Shown here: positions 52,401 to 64,000 of the stretch, piece by piece
How positions within the stretch are numbered: the first letter of the stretch is position 1
Layout of the letters: every line of letters starts with the position of its first letter
From: Eledone cirrhosa
Taxonomy: Eukaryota
Reading direction: 5' to 3'
Assembly: GCA_964016885.1 (NCBI GenBank)
Contig: OZ024743.1
Location: forward strand, 104,346,001-104,410,000
Length of the DNA stretch: 64,000 bases
Position numbers and translations under genes: made by a program
Notes under the pieces: generated by a model
Databases searched by the model: none
The model's input: only the letters and a program-made list of their open reading frames with translations
Told to the model about the DNA's origin: nothing

Positions 52401-55400
52401 AGACATCCCAGTTATTATATGTATGTCACAAGTGACAGATACCCAGATACTATGTGTGTGCCACAACTGGCAGAGAGAGACATCCCAGTTATTATATGTA
52501 TGTCACAAGTGACAGATATATCCCAGATATTATGTGTGTCCCACAACTGGCAGAGAGAAAATCCCAGTTACTATATGTATGTCACAACTGACAGATATAT
52601 CCCAGATACTATGTGTGTGTCACAACTGGCAGAGAGAGACAGCCCAGTTATTATATGTCACAAGTGACAGAGATATCCCAGATACTATGTGTGTGCCACA
52701 ACTGGCAGAGAGAGACATTCCAGTTATTAAATGTGTGTCACAAGTGACAGATATATCCCAGATACTATGTGTGTGTCACAACTGGCAGAGAGAGACATCC
52801 CAGTTATTATATGTATGTCACAAGTGACAGATATATCCCAGATACTATGTGTGTGCCACAACTGGCAGAGAGAAACATCCCAGTTATTATATGTATGTCA
52901 CAACTGACAGAGACATTAAAGATACTCTGTGTGTGTCACAACTGGCAGAGAGAGACATCCCAGTTATTATATGTATGTCACAACTGACAGAGATATCCCA
53001 GATACTATGTGTGTGCCACAACTGGCAGAGAGAGACATCCCAGTTATTATATATATGTCACAACTGACAGATATATCCCAGATACTATGTGTGTGCCACA
53101 ACTGGCAGAGAGAAACATCCCAGTTACTATGTGTATGTCACAAGTAACAGAGATAACCCAGATACTATGTGTGTTCCACAACTGGCAGAGAGAGACATCC
53201 CAGTTATTATATGTGTGTCACAAGTGACAGATATATCCTAGATACTATGTGTGTGTCACAACTGACAGAGAGAGACATCCCAGTTATTATATGTATGTCA
53301 CAAGTGACAGATATATCCCAGATACTATGTGTGTGCCACAACTGGCAGAGAGAAACATCCCAGTTACTATATGTATGTCACAAGTAACAGAGATAACCCA
53401 GATACTATGTGTGTGCCACAACTGGCAGAGAGAGACATCCCAGTTATTATATGTGTGTCACAAGTGACAGATATATCCCAGATACTATGTGTGTGTCACA
53501 ACTAGCAGAGAGAGACATCCCAGTTACTATATGTATGTCACAAGTGACAGATATATCCCAGATACTATGTGTGTATCACAACTGGCAGAGAGAGACATCC
53601 CAGTTATTATATGTATGTCACAACTGACAGATATATCTCAGATACTATGTGTGTGTCACAACTGGAAGAGCGAGACATCCCAGTTACTATATGTATGTCA
53701 CAAGTGACAGAGATATCCCAGATACTATGTGTGTGCCACAACTGGCAGAGAGAGACATCCCAGTAACTATATGTATGTCACAAGTGACAGAGATATCCCA
53801 GATACTATGTGTGTGTCACAACTGGCAGAGAGAGACATCCCAGTTACTATATGTATGTCACAAGTGACAGATATATCCCAGATACTATGTGTGTGTCACA
53901 ACTGGCAGAGAGAGACATCCCAGTTATTATATGTATGTCACAAGTGACAGATATATCCCAGATACTATGTGTGTGCCACAACTGGCAGAGAGAGACATCC
54001 CAGTTATTATATGTGTGTCACAAGTGACAGATATATCCCAGATACTATGTGTGTGCCACAACTGGCAGAGAGAAACATCCCAGTTACTATATGTATGTCA
54101 CAAGTAACAGAGATAACCCAGATACTATGTGTGTGCCACAACTAGCAGAGAGAGACATCCCAGTTATTATATGTGTGTCACAAGTGACAGATATATCCCA
54201 GATACTATGTGTGTGTCACAACTGGCAGAGAGAGACATCCCAGTTATTATATGTATGTCACAAGTGACAGATATATCCCAGATACTATGTGTGTGCCACA
54301 ACTGGCAGAGAGAAACATCCCAGTTATTATATGTATGTCACAACTGACAGAGACATTAAAGATACTCTGTGTGTGTCACAACTGGCAGAGAGAGACATCC
54401 CAGTTATTATATGTATGTCACAACTGACAGAGATATCCCAGATACTATGTGTGTGCCACAACTGGCAGAGAGAGACATCCCAGTTATTATATATATGTCA
54501 CAACTGACAGATATATCCCAGATACTATGTGTGTGCCACAACTGGCAGAGAGAGACATCCCAGTTATTATATGTGTGTCACAAGTGACAGATATATGACA
54601 GATACTATGTGTGTGCCACAACTGGCAGAGAGAAACATCCCAGTTACTATGTGTATGTCACAAGTAACAGAGATCACCCAGATACTATGTGTGTTCCACA
54701 ACTGGTAGAGAGAGACATCCCAGTTAGTATATGTGTGTCACAAGTGACAGATATATCCCAGATACTATGTGTGTATCACAACTGGCAGAGAGAGACATCC
54801 CAGTTATTATATGTATGTCACAACTGACAGATATATCTCAGATACTATGTGTGTGTCACAACTGGCAGAGCGAGACATCCCAGTTACTATATGTATGTCA
54901 CAAGTGACAGAGATATCCCAGATACTATGTGTGTTCCACAACTGGCAGAGAGAGACATCCCAGTTACTATATGTATATCACAAGTGACAGAGATATCCCA
55001 GATACTATGTGTGTGTCACAACTGGCAGAGAGAGACATCCCAGTTACTATATGTATGTCACAAGTGACAGATATATCCCAGATACTATGTGTGTGTCACA
55101 ACTGGCAGAGAGAGACATCCCAGTTATTATATGTATGTCACAAGTGACAGATATATCCCAGATACTATGTGTGTGCCACAACTGGCAGAGAGAGACATCC
55201 CACTTATTATATGTGTGTCACAAGTGACAGATATATCCCAGATACTATGTGTGTGCCACAACTGGCAGAGAGAAACATCCCAGTTACTATATGTATGTCA
55301 CAAGTAACAGAGATAACCCAGATACTATGTGTGTGCCACAACTGGCAGAGAGAGACATCCCAGTTATTATATGTGTGTCACAAGTGACAGATATATCCCA

Positions 55401-56215
55401 GATACTATGTGTGTGTCACAACTAGCAGAGAGAGACATCCCAGTTACTATATGTATGTCACAAGTGACATATATATCCCAGATACTATGTGTGTATCACA
55501 ACTGGCAGAGAGAGACATCCCAGTTATTATATGTATGTCACAACTGACAGATATATCCCAGATACTATGTGTGTGTCACAACTGGCAGAGAGAGACATCC
55601 CAGTTACTATATGTATGTCACAAGTAACAGAGATATCCCAGATACTATGTGTGTATCACAACTGGCAGATAGAGACATCCCAGTTATTATATGTATGTCA
55701 CAACTGACAGATATATCCCAGATACTATGTGTGTGTCACAACTGGCAGAGAAAGACATCCCAGTTATTATATGTGTGTCACAACTGACAGATATATCCCA
55801 GATACTATGTGTGTGCCACAACTGGCAGAGAGAGACATCCCAGTTATTATATGTATGTCACAAGTGACAGAGATATCCCAGATACTATGTGTGTGTCACA
55901 ACTGGCAGAGAGAGACATCCCAGTTATTATATGTATGTCACAAGTAACAGAGATATCCCAGATACTATGTGTGTGTCACAACTGGCAGAGAGAGACATCC
56001 CAGTTATTATATGTATGTCACAAGTAACGGAGATATCCCAGATACTATGTGTGTGCCACAACTCGCAGAGAGAGACATCCCAATTACTATATGTGTGTAA
56101 CAAGTAACAGAGAGAGACTTCCATGATACTGTGTGTGTATGTGCCACAACTGACAGGCATCCCAGTTACTATGTGTATGTCACAACTGACAGAGACATTA
56201 AAGATACTCTGTATG
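43410..56215. repeat. ~12.8-kb satellite of 80-bp dimers (two related ~40-bp subunits)
   Basis: tgtcacaagtgacagatatatcccagatactatgtgtg + tgccacaactggcagagagagacatcccagttactatatgta; 80-bp period in the ORF track; degenerate monomers at both edges. Confidence 0.98.
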
Positions 56216-57401
56216 GGTCAACAGAAGTATTACTGCTTTTCCAGTGACAGAGCGTAGGATTTGAACTATGAACACACAGTCAGAATACATACTGCAAACT
56301 ACTCTGTCCAACTCATTATCAATCTACTGACCCAAGTCTGGAACTTTATTTATTGACCCCTGGAAGAATGAAAGACAAAGTTGATATCAGTGGGACAGAA
56401 CTCAGAGCACAGACATCAGGAACACATATCACAAGACATTTAATCTTCTGCTCTACTGATTCTGCCAACAACAACAAGGAAATCCAATATAAAACAAACA
56501 AATTATGGTTTATTTTCCAGTTTTTAGAATAGATACCACCATATCCCTCTCTGTGTGTTGTATGAGGTAACTAATAGGGTTGGCAACAAGAAGGGCATCA
56601 GGCTGTAAAACATTGCCTCAAAACATTCCATCAAACCCATGCCAGCATGGAAAAGTGGGTGTAAAAATGATGACGGTGGTGATGGTAATGATGATGATGG
56701 TGGTGGTGGTAGTGGTGGTTGTTGTGGTGATAATGTTGATGGAGATGATGGCGATAATGATGATGATGATGGAGATATATGTGCAATATTTTTAGCTGCA
56801 GAACACTGCTAATTCTTGAAGAAGAGGAAATGGCATTTTGTTAGCAGAGGAATGGCTGGGTTAGAAAACAAGGAAGTTAAAGTTTAGAGTATCTGTTGAT
56901 AGGTAGACAGTTTTATATTGTATACATCATGATCACCATCTTCGTCATTGTTACCACCACCACCACCACCACCACCATCATCATTACAATCATCAACATT
57001 ATCATCATCACCAACAACTGCACCATCATCATGGTCATCACCACCACCCCTACCACCACCATTACCATCATCATTTTCACCATCATCATCCCTACTGCCA
57101 CTGTAATCATTCATATCAGCACCATTTTCATCACCACCTCCACCATCATCAGTAGAAGAAGCACCACTACTACCATCCCCATCACTGCTACCACCACGAC
57201 AACGACCACCACCACCTCTGCCAAAGCCACCACCACCACCACCACCACCACCACTATTATATGTGCTGATAATGTTATAATTGTTTCTACTTTTGGCACA
57301 AGGCCAACAATTATCCCAGTGTATTACTGGTACTTTATTTTATCGACCCCGTTATAATCATCATTCACATCATTATTTCCATCATCATTATTAGTTGTAG
57401 C

Positions 57402-57572
57402 AGTATCGGTAGAGAGTCGGACGCCATGCTTTCCAGCATAGTTACGTCCTTTTACGATCTGAGTTCAAATCCCGCCGAGGTTGACTTTGCCTTTCATCCT
57501 TACGGGGTCGATAAAATAAAGTACCAGTAATGCACTGGGTAATTGCTGGCCTTGTGCCTAAAGTAGAAACAA
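57402..57572 (+). mobile_element. Meta-type SINE with 17-bp TSD attattagttgtagcag
   Basis: Family core plus flanking direct repeat. Confidence 0.9.
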
Positions 57573-58275
57573 TTATTAGTTGTAGCAGCAGCAGCACCCC
57601 CACCACCTTCATCATCATTCACATCACCTTTACCATCAGCTTCAGTAGCAGCAGCAGCAGCACCACAACGTCCTCCCTCACCACTAATAATATTACCAAC
57701 AACACTACAATAAATACCATCACCATTATCATCATCTTAACTATCAACACCAACATCACCATTTTCACCAGCAACACCACCACCACCACCACTACCACGA
57801 CGACCACCACCATTTTTACCAGCAAAACTATCATCACCATCATCACCACCACTTCCGCCACCATCACCATCATCACCCCCACCCCCCACCACAAGAAAGA
57901 AACAGAAAAGTAAATATATGCAATAATATGCAAATCTGAATTGTTTAAACAAAAAAACGAAATGTACCTCAGATTTTGGTTAAGTTAAATTGTTATCAAG
58001 TCTAACAGGAAGTTAATTTGGGAGACCATAAATAGCTATCATTGACCTCAGAGTCCCACAGCATAAAACAAAGGCAGTATTCTTCAAGAAAAAATATAAG
58101 AATTTATAACACATCAACTCTTTTGGAACAAAAGTGTGTTTATGTAAAAAATATAAGAGTGTATGTTAGAATCAGTAATGTCTTGAACAAAATATTTTCA
58201 TATATTTGGTCACATCTCTTAATGAGTTCAAATCCCAAGTTCATTTTGCATTTCCTTTTTTGGAGTTTCCTTTAA

Positions 58276-58477
58276 CCCTTTAGTATTTAAACCGGCCATA
58301 TCCAGCCAGAATTCTCTCACCTCTTTCTGTTCAAATTGGCTGTAACCAGCCACTCATGTTAAGGTATTGTTTTCAATATAAATAACATCAAAATCTCATA
58401 GATTCAATATTATGTAAGATAAAGCCTTTACCACAAAAATACAATAGTATATATACAGTAATGTAATTGCTAAAGGG
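58276..58477. mobile_element. piggyBac-like MITE with TTAA TSD
   Basis: TTAA-CCCTTTAG ... CTAAAGGG-TTAA. Confidence 0.88.
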
Positions 58478-58587
58478 TTAATAGGGTGTTTTGATTTTGT
58501 TTAAACAGCTTTGTAATATAAAATAACTTTACCATGGCAACAAAAAAACAAAACCTCTGTGTCTTTAACTTTTATGCTTTTGATATA

Positions 58588-59120
58588 TCATCAGTGTTGT
58601 AACCTGGAGTCACTGGCTGTTTTAGGTCTCACAATATATGTACACCCTCATCCACGTGACCCAACTAAAGGTCACATCATCAGTGTTGTACCTTGTGGTC
58701 ACTGGGTGTTTCAGGTTTTACAATATATACCCTTATATAGGTGATCCAACTAAAAGACACATCATCATTGTTGTACATTGCGGGTCACTGGGTATTTCAG
58801 GTTTTACAATATATGTACACCCTCATCCAGGTGATCCAACTAAAGGACACATAATCAGTGTTGTACCCTGGGGTCACTGGGTATTTCAGGTTTTACAATA
58901 TATGTACACCCTCATCCAGGTGATCCAACTAAAGGACACATAATCAGTGTTGTACCCTGGGGTCACTGGGTATTTCAGGTTTTACAATATACACCCTCAT
59001 CCAGGTGACCCAACTAAAGGTCACATCATCAGTGTTGTACCCTGGGGTCACTGGATATTTCAGGTTTTACAATATACACCCTCATCCAGGTGACCTGACT
59101 ACAAGACACATCATCAGAGT
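58588..59120. repeat. 85-89-bp minisatellite, ~6 copies
   Basis: cagtgttgtaccctggggtcactgggtatttcaggttttacaatata...atccaactaaaggacac at 58856 and 58945. Confidence 0.92.
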
Positions 59121-59331
59121 CATATCTTATTATTATTATTTACGTTACTTAACACAATTGCTTGCTACCTAAGGTTTCAAAGCATATGCCTGCATAAGTA
59201 TGGAGACATGATCTATCTTTCAGGCAAGAAAAAATATATATTCCTTTATATATTCCTATCCAACATCAATATAAATGAACTGCAACAAATCTAGACTACT
59301 CAAGACACACCATACACAAATACTCACAATG

Positions 59332-59379
<48 letters not shown>

Positions 59380-59409
<30 letters not shown>

Positions 59410-62308
59410 GGTTTAGCGTCCGTGTTCCACGCTTGCATGGGTTTGGACGGGGGTTTTCCCACTTGAGGCAAGAGTGGTTGTCTTGCTCGCATAGGACTGT
59501 CTGGCGGGTTTTCTACAGTTGGATGCCCTTCCTAACACCAACCACATTTACAGTGTGGGGCTGGGAGGTTTTTACCGTGTTGCCTACACGGCCACATTAC
59601 AGCGTGGACTGTCTGGCGGGTTTTCTACAGCTGGATGCCCTTCCTAACACCAACCACATTTACAGTGTAGGGCTGGGAGGTTTTTACCGTGTTGCCTACA
59701 CGGCCACATTTACAGCGTGGACTGTGTGTTTTTTGTCGTGACACCTACACGATCTCATTTGTTTCGGCCTGGATGTTGTGGGACCAACATAACTTTACAT
59801 TGAAAGGGGCGGTGTGGGTGGGGTGGAGGTGGTGGGACGGGGGTGTGTTTTGATAGAGATGCCTACTGACTGTAGTAGGTTTTTACTTTGTATTTAGGTA
59901 AGGCGGGTCTTCTCTATTACTGAGTACCGCCAAAGGTCTCGGTCCAGTGACATTGTCTTGGAGAGGTGTAAGCGTGTGAGGTCGGAATTTATCAGCTCGT
60001 CCCATGTTTTTCTGGGTCTGCCTACTCCGTGGCTACCGTCTATCTTTATTGCCCTGCACTTTGTTATACAGCTGTCGTCTTTCATGCGCATCACGTGACC
60101 GTACCAACGCAGCCTTCTCTCGAGTAAACAACATCTGATCCCTCTTATTTCTAATTTTTTCCTTAGTTCGTTTATGCTTTGCCGTTCACGTATATTACTA
60201 TTGCACATCCAGCGGAGCATGCAATCTTCGTTCCTCTCTAGTCTGCGTATATCCTCTGCACACAATGCCCAGGTCTCACTGCCATGCAGCATTGCTGTTC
60301 GTATGCAGGCATCGTATAACCTGCCTTTCATTTTTAGGGAGAACCCTCTAGCGGCTAATAGTGGTATAAGCTCTCTGAACTTTTCCATCCAGTTCTGACT
60401 CTAGCTACTGTACTTTCAGAGCACCCTCCCCCACTGCTGATTTTGTCACCCAGATAACGGAAGCTGTCCACTATTTCTATAGAACCCTCTGCGCAGTTGA
60501 AGGAGCTAGTATTTTGTGGGCACTTGCTGCTACTTATTGCACCAGAGCACCGGCCACATGTAAAATCTATGTTCTTAGTTAGCTTACCTGTGATCCCACT
60601 ACATCTTTTATGCACCCATACTTTGCATTTGGGACATAAAATGGAGTTTCTACCTACGCCTTTCCTACACACTGAGCATGGCCATTTCCCAGATGGGACC
60701 GCCGCCTTATTTTCTTTCCTACAAACTAGAACTTTAGTCTTAGCCAGGTTAATTTTAAGGCCTTTTGATTCTAGGCCGTGCTTCCATGTTTGGAATCTCT
60801 TCTCTAGTTCGGTCATTGATTCAGCTATGAGCGTTAGATCATCTGCGTATAGGAGTTCCCATGGGCAGCCGGTCTTGAACTCCTCTGTTATAGCCTGAAG
60901 GGCAATAATAAATAGTAGGGGGCTAAGAACGGAGCCCTGATGAACACCAACTTTTACGCTAAACTCTTCACTATATTCATTGTTAATTCTAACCTTGCTG
61001 ACTGTTTCTTTATACATGGCTTGTATAGCTCTCACAAGCCATTCGTCAACACCTAGTTTTCTAAGAGACCACCAGATAATGGAACGGGGGACTCTGTCAA
61101 AGGCTTTCTCCAAGTCGACGAAAGCTAAGTATAGGGGTTTACTTTTAGCTAGGTACTTCTCCTGTAGTTGTCGTACAATGAAAAGAGCGTCTGTGGTACT
61201 TTTGCCTGACACAAACCCGAACTGCATTTCATCTAGATCAATTCTCTCTATGATTAGTTGCGCTATTACTTTTTCCGTGACCTTCATGACCTGATCGATT
61301 AATTTAATGCCTCTATAGTTACTCCTATCTAGGGCATCTCCTTTTCCCTTATAGCAGTTAACGATGATGCTGCTACGCCATTCCTTCGGAACAACCCCAT
61401 TCTGCACGACTTGGTTAACTATCCGGGTGACCATGGTGTGTCCCACCGAACCAGATGCCTTCAGCATCTCAGCAACTATTTCCGAAGGCCCAGCCGCCTT
61501 ACCCGTCTTCATATCTTTGATTGCCTTACTTATTATACTACCTTCAACTAACACTGCTGGTCCCTCTATTGGATCGATCTGGGGGAGACTGTCTTTCTCC
61601 CATTTGTTCTCCTCATTTAGAAGCCTTTCGTAGTGACACTTCCAAGCTACCTTCTTATCAGCGTCGGTGATGGCAAGTATGCCATCATCGTTAAGTACAC
61701 ACTTCTCCCCGACAATATCACGGTTTTCCTTGACACATTGCCTGGCAATCCTGAACACCTCACGTTTTTGGTCCTCACGTTGTAGAACATGCTTGAACTT
61801 TCTTTCCTCTGCTTCCCTTCTTGCGAAGTACACTTGTCTCCTAGCTTCCCTCCTGGCCACTTGATAGTCTTCTCTACTTCCCCCATCCCGCCATACTTTC
61901 CAAGCCTGCTTTTTGGCCTTAATTGACTCCTCCACCTTACTGTTCCACCACCATGTTACTCTCCTCCTACCTACAGGCCTGCTCCAGCCACAGACTTCGT
62001 CTGCCGCCGTCAGCAGGTTTGCTCTTCCTTACTGTCGAAAGCGTCAAGTAATATGCTTTGAAATTTATTTCTGGCTATGGGGTCCTTTAGCTTCCATATT
62101 TTTCTCCTGAGGATAGTCCTCTTCCGCTGTCTAGTACGTCTCGTCCTGACTATGAGGTCGCTAATTATCAGTCTATGTTGGGAGGTGAATTCTTCATGGG
62201 GGTGGGATTTAGTGTTAACAACAGACACTCTGTCACGTCTTCTGGTAAGGATATAATCTACCTGGCTTGTGTGTTCCCCCGATCTATAGGTGATCAAGTG
62301 ATTGTCTC

Positions 62309-62311
<3 letters not shown>
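59380..62311 (-). mobile_element. 5'-truncated RTE-clade LINE, flanked by (TA)n
   Basis: APE C-terminus (TYRSG..SQVDYIL, SQHRL), RT (NYRGIKL, QFGF, FVDLEKAFDRVP, GVHQGSVLSPLLF, LYADD), C-terminal RRLRWYGHVMR/GRPRKTW, 3'UTR and (GAT)n tail. Confidence 0.97.
59894..62300 (-). pseudogene. RTE endonuclease/reverse transcriptase ORF with two frameshifts (~62010 and ~60385)
   Basis: Pieces 62010-62297, 60355-61935 and 59894-60388 are consecutive parts of one protein. Confidence 0.93.
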
Positions 62312-62364
<53 letters not shown>

Positions 62365-62365
<1 letters not shown>

Positions 62366-62697
62366 CATGGCTTAGTGGTTAGAGCATTGACCTTGAAAGG
62401 TTGTGAGTTCAATTCTCAGACCGGGTGATGTGTTGTTTCCTTGAGCAAGACACTTTATTTTACATTGCTCCAGTTTACTCAGCTGTAGAAATAAGATGAT
62501 AGGACTGGGGTCCCTATCATTCCACTGCAAAGTGGTCATGGAGGTGCCATGACAAAAAAGCACCCAGCCCACACTGTAAATGAGGTTGGTATTAGGAAGG
62601 GCATCCAGCTGTAGAAATCAAGCCAGAATCAGTTCCCATTCCACCCTTGCAAGCAGGGAAAAGCAGACGTAAAATGATGATGATGATGATGATGATG
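62365..62697 (+). mobile_element. tRNA-derived CORE-type SINE with RTE tail
   Basis: Close match to 42614-42966. Confidence 0.85.
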
Positions 62698-63549
62698 GTA
62701 TATATATATATCATGGCTGGAACTCGATTTTGAGTAATGCCATTGCTTGATACTTAAGCATGAGTATCAGAGACGTGGCTTTTTAGTCCTGCTAGGGACC
62801 CGCCTATGGCTAGCAATACCATGAATCGCAAAAAATGTCACATATCAAGCGATGCCTGTGCTTGAAGCTTTTTTTAAGTGAGGAAAAGCTTTTCACAGGG
62901 CCGATCCCACTCTCTGAACATCGAATGCATTCGCCCAAAAAGAAGAACTGGTCTACATCATTGGATGCAAACGATGTCACAGGTTTTATATCAGAGTGAC
63001 CTTCTCCTAGAGAGATGTCTTAATGTAGACTAGGCGTCTCTTGCTCCATGAAATTAAAAAAAAAACACATACATACATACACATATATCCATATCAGATT
63101 ACATACATATATGCATATGATTAGATCCATGCTCATACACCCATACACATACACACACTTACATATACTGCACTCAACACCACTGATATTAAAGAAAGCT
63201 GCTGTAGTATCTCTGATAGAAAATGTTACAACTGATGAAAGTTTCTTTAGTTTTGTTAAAAAACTTCCGAATTCATTTAGTAATATTGTATATAAAGTAT
63301 CAAACTTTCGAAGAGAAGAGCTGAGGGATTATAAAGCTCATGGAAAATGAAAGAAACTCATTCACAAAAATAACTACAATTACAGCCACTAGTTTTCGAT
63401 CCATAGGAGTATTTTACCTGATTTTCTAAGCTATTATTTATAACAATCAACTATATTTGCAATTATTTCTGCATCTGAGTTTCTTACATTTCTATTTAGA
63501 AGTATGTATTTTTAGACATAAGACCAGAAAGGAGACAGAAAGTATTAAA

Positions 63550-63815
63550 ACAATTTATTTAATGTAAAAAATTCAAATGTCTTTTGTGGTTATGAAAAAG
63601 GAAGGAAAAGACAAGGGCACTAGGGTCACAGAAGAATGGGAGGGGGGAAGGGGGAGGGTGATTGGGCACTAGGCATAGGGCATGGTGGTATTGGGGCTGT
63701 GCCTCGCAGACAAGACTGCAAAAGTATTCCCATGAACAATGGCCAGCGACACCTGCTGCAAGAGCCATGCCACCAGGAGCTCGGCAGTATGGGGTCCAAG
63801 TACGTCTGAGGTCTT
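63550..63815 (-). mobile_element. CRE-clade non-LTR retrotransposon 3' remnant
   Basis: Manual translation VLGPHTAELLVAWLLQQVSLAIVHGNTFAVL resembles the CRE C-terminal L.QR.S.A...GN...L motif; aataaa downstream. Confidence 0.55.
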
Positions 63816-64000
63816 GACATATTATTCATTATTACAATCCCACAAAGATGATGGCAATTGAACTTAGAAAGATAATGAGGCTTTCTAATTTAGTCAGAAA
63901 GCGAGCATTTGTCAGGTGAGGAAAGTTGTTTAAATCGACCTTAGTACTTTACTGATGGTACTTTACTTTATTGACCCCTGAAGTTGATTTTAGTGGTATT

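Noticed and set aside
43410-56215. CRISPR-like array, or the many 72-aa Cys/His ORFs as zinc-finger genes
   Set aside because: No unique spacers or cas genes; the 80-bp period is not a multiple of 3, and the ORFs are frame-cycling artefacts without C2H2 spacing
60497-62110. Plus-strand ORFs over the RTE
   Set aside because: Antisense frames of the RT coding region

Overview
AT-rich, microsatellite-dense animal DNA. The repeat repertoire (RTE, Dong/R4, Tx1, CRE and Penelope retroelements; Meta- and CORE-type tRNA-SINEs) most resembles an Octopus-like cephalopod genome; this taxon call is inference. The only credible host-gene segment is the first coding exon of an unidentified Pro/Thr-rich protein on the minus strand (ATG at 476), which runs off the left edge. 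The rest is intronic or intergenic and consists of mobile elements and tandem arrays. These include a nearly intact 5'-truncated RTE LINE whose RT carries an embedded PHD-type zinc finger (59.4-62.3 kb), a short non-autonomous LTR element with a tRNA-Trp primer site (23.3-25.4 kb), Penelope remnants with several minimal type I hammerhead-ribozyme motifs, a 60-bp satellite apparently built from a piggyBac-like MITE terminus (3.65-5.9 kb), and a ~12.8-kb 80-bp (2x40) satellite with hairpin-conserving variants and a 4,666-bp internal duplication. Two retro-SINE systems show distinct target preferences, (TA)n and ATTATT. No CRISPR, rRNA or genuine tRNA gene is seen. I cannot establish a wholly new biological system; the best leads are ranked in findings.
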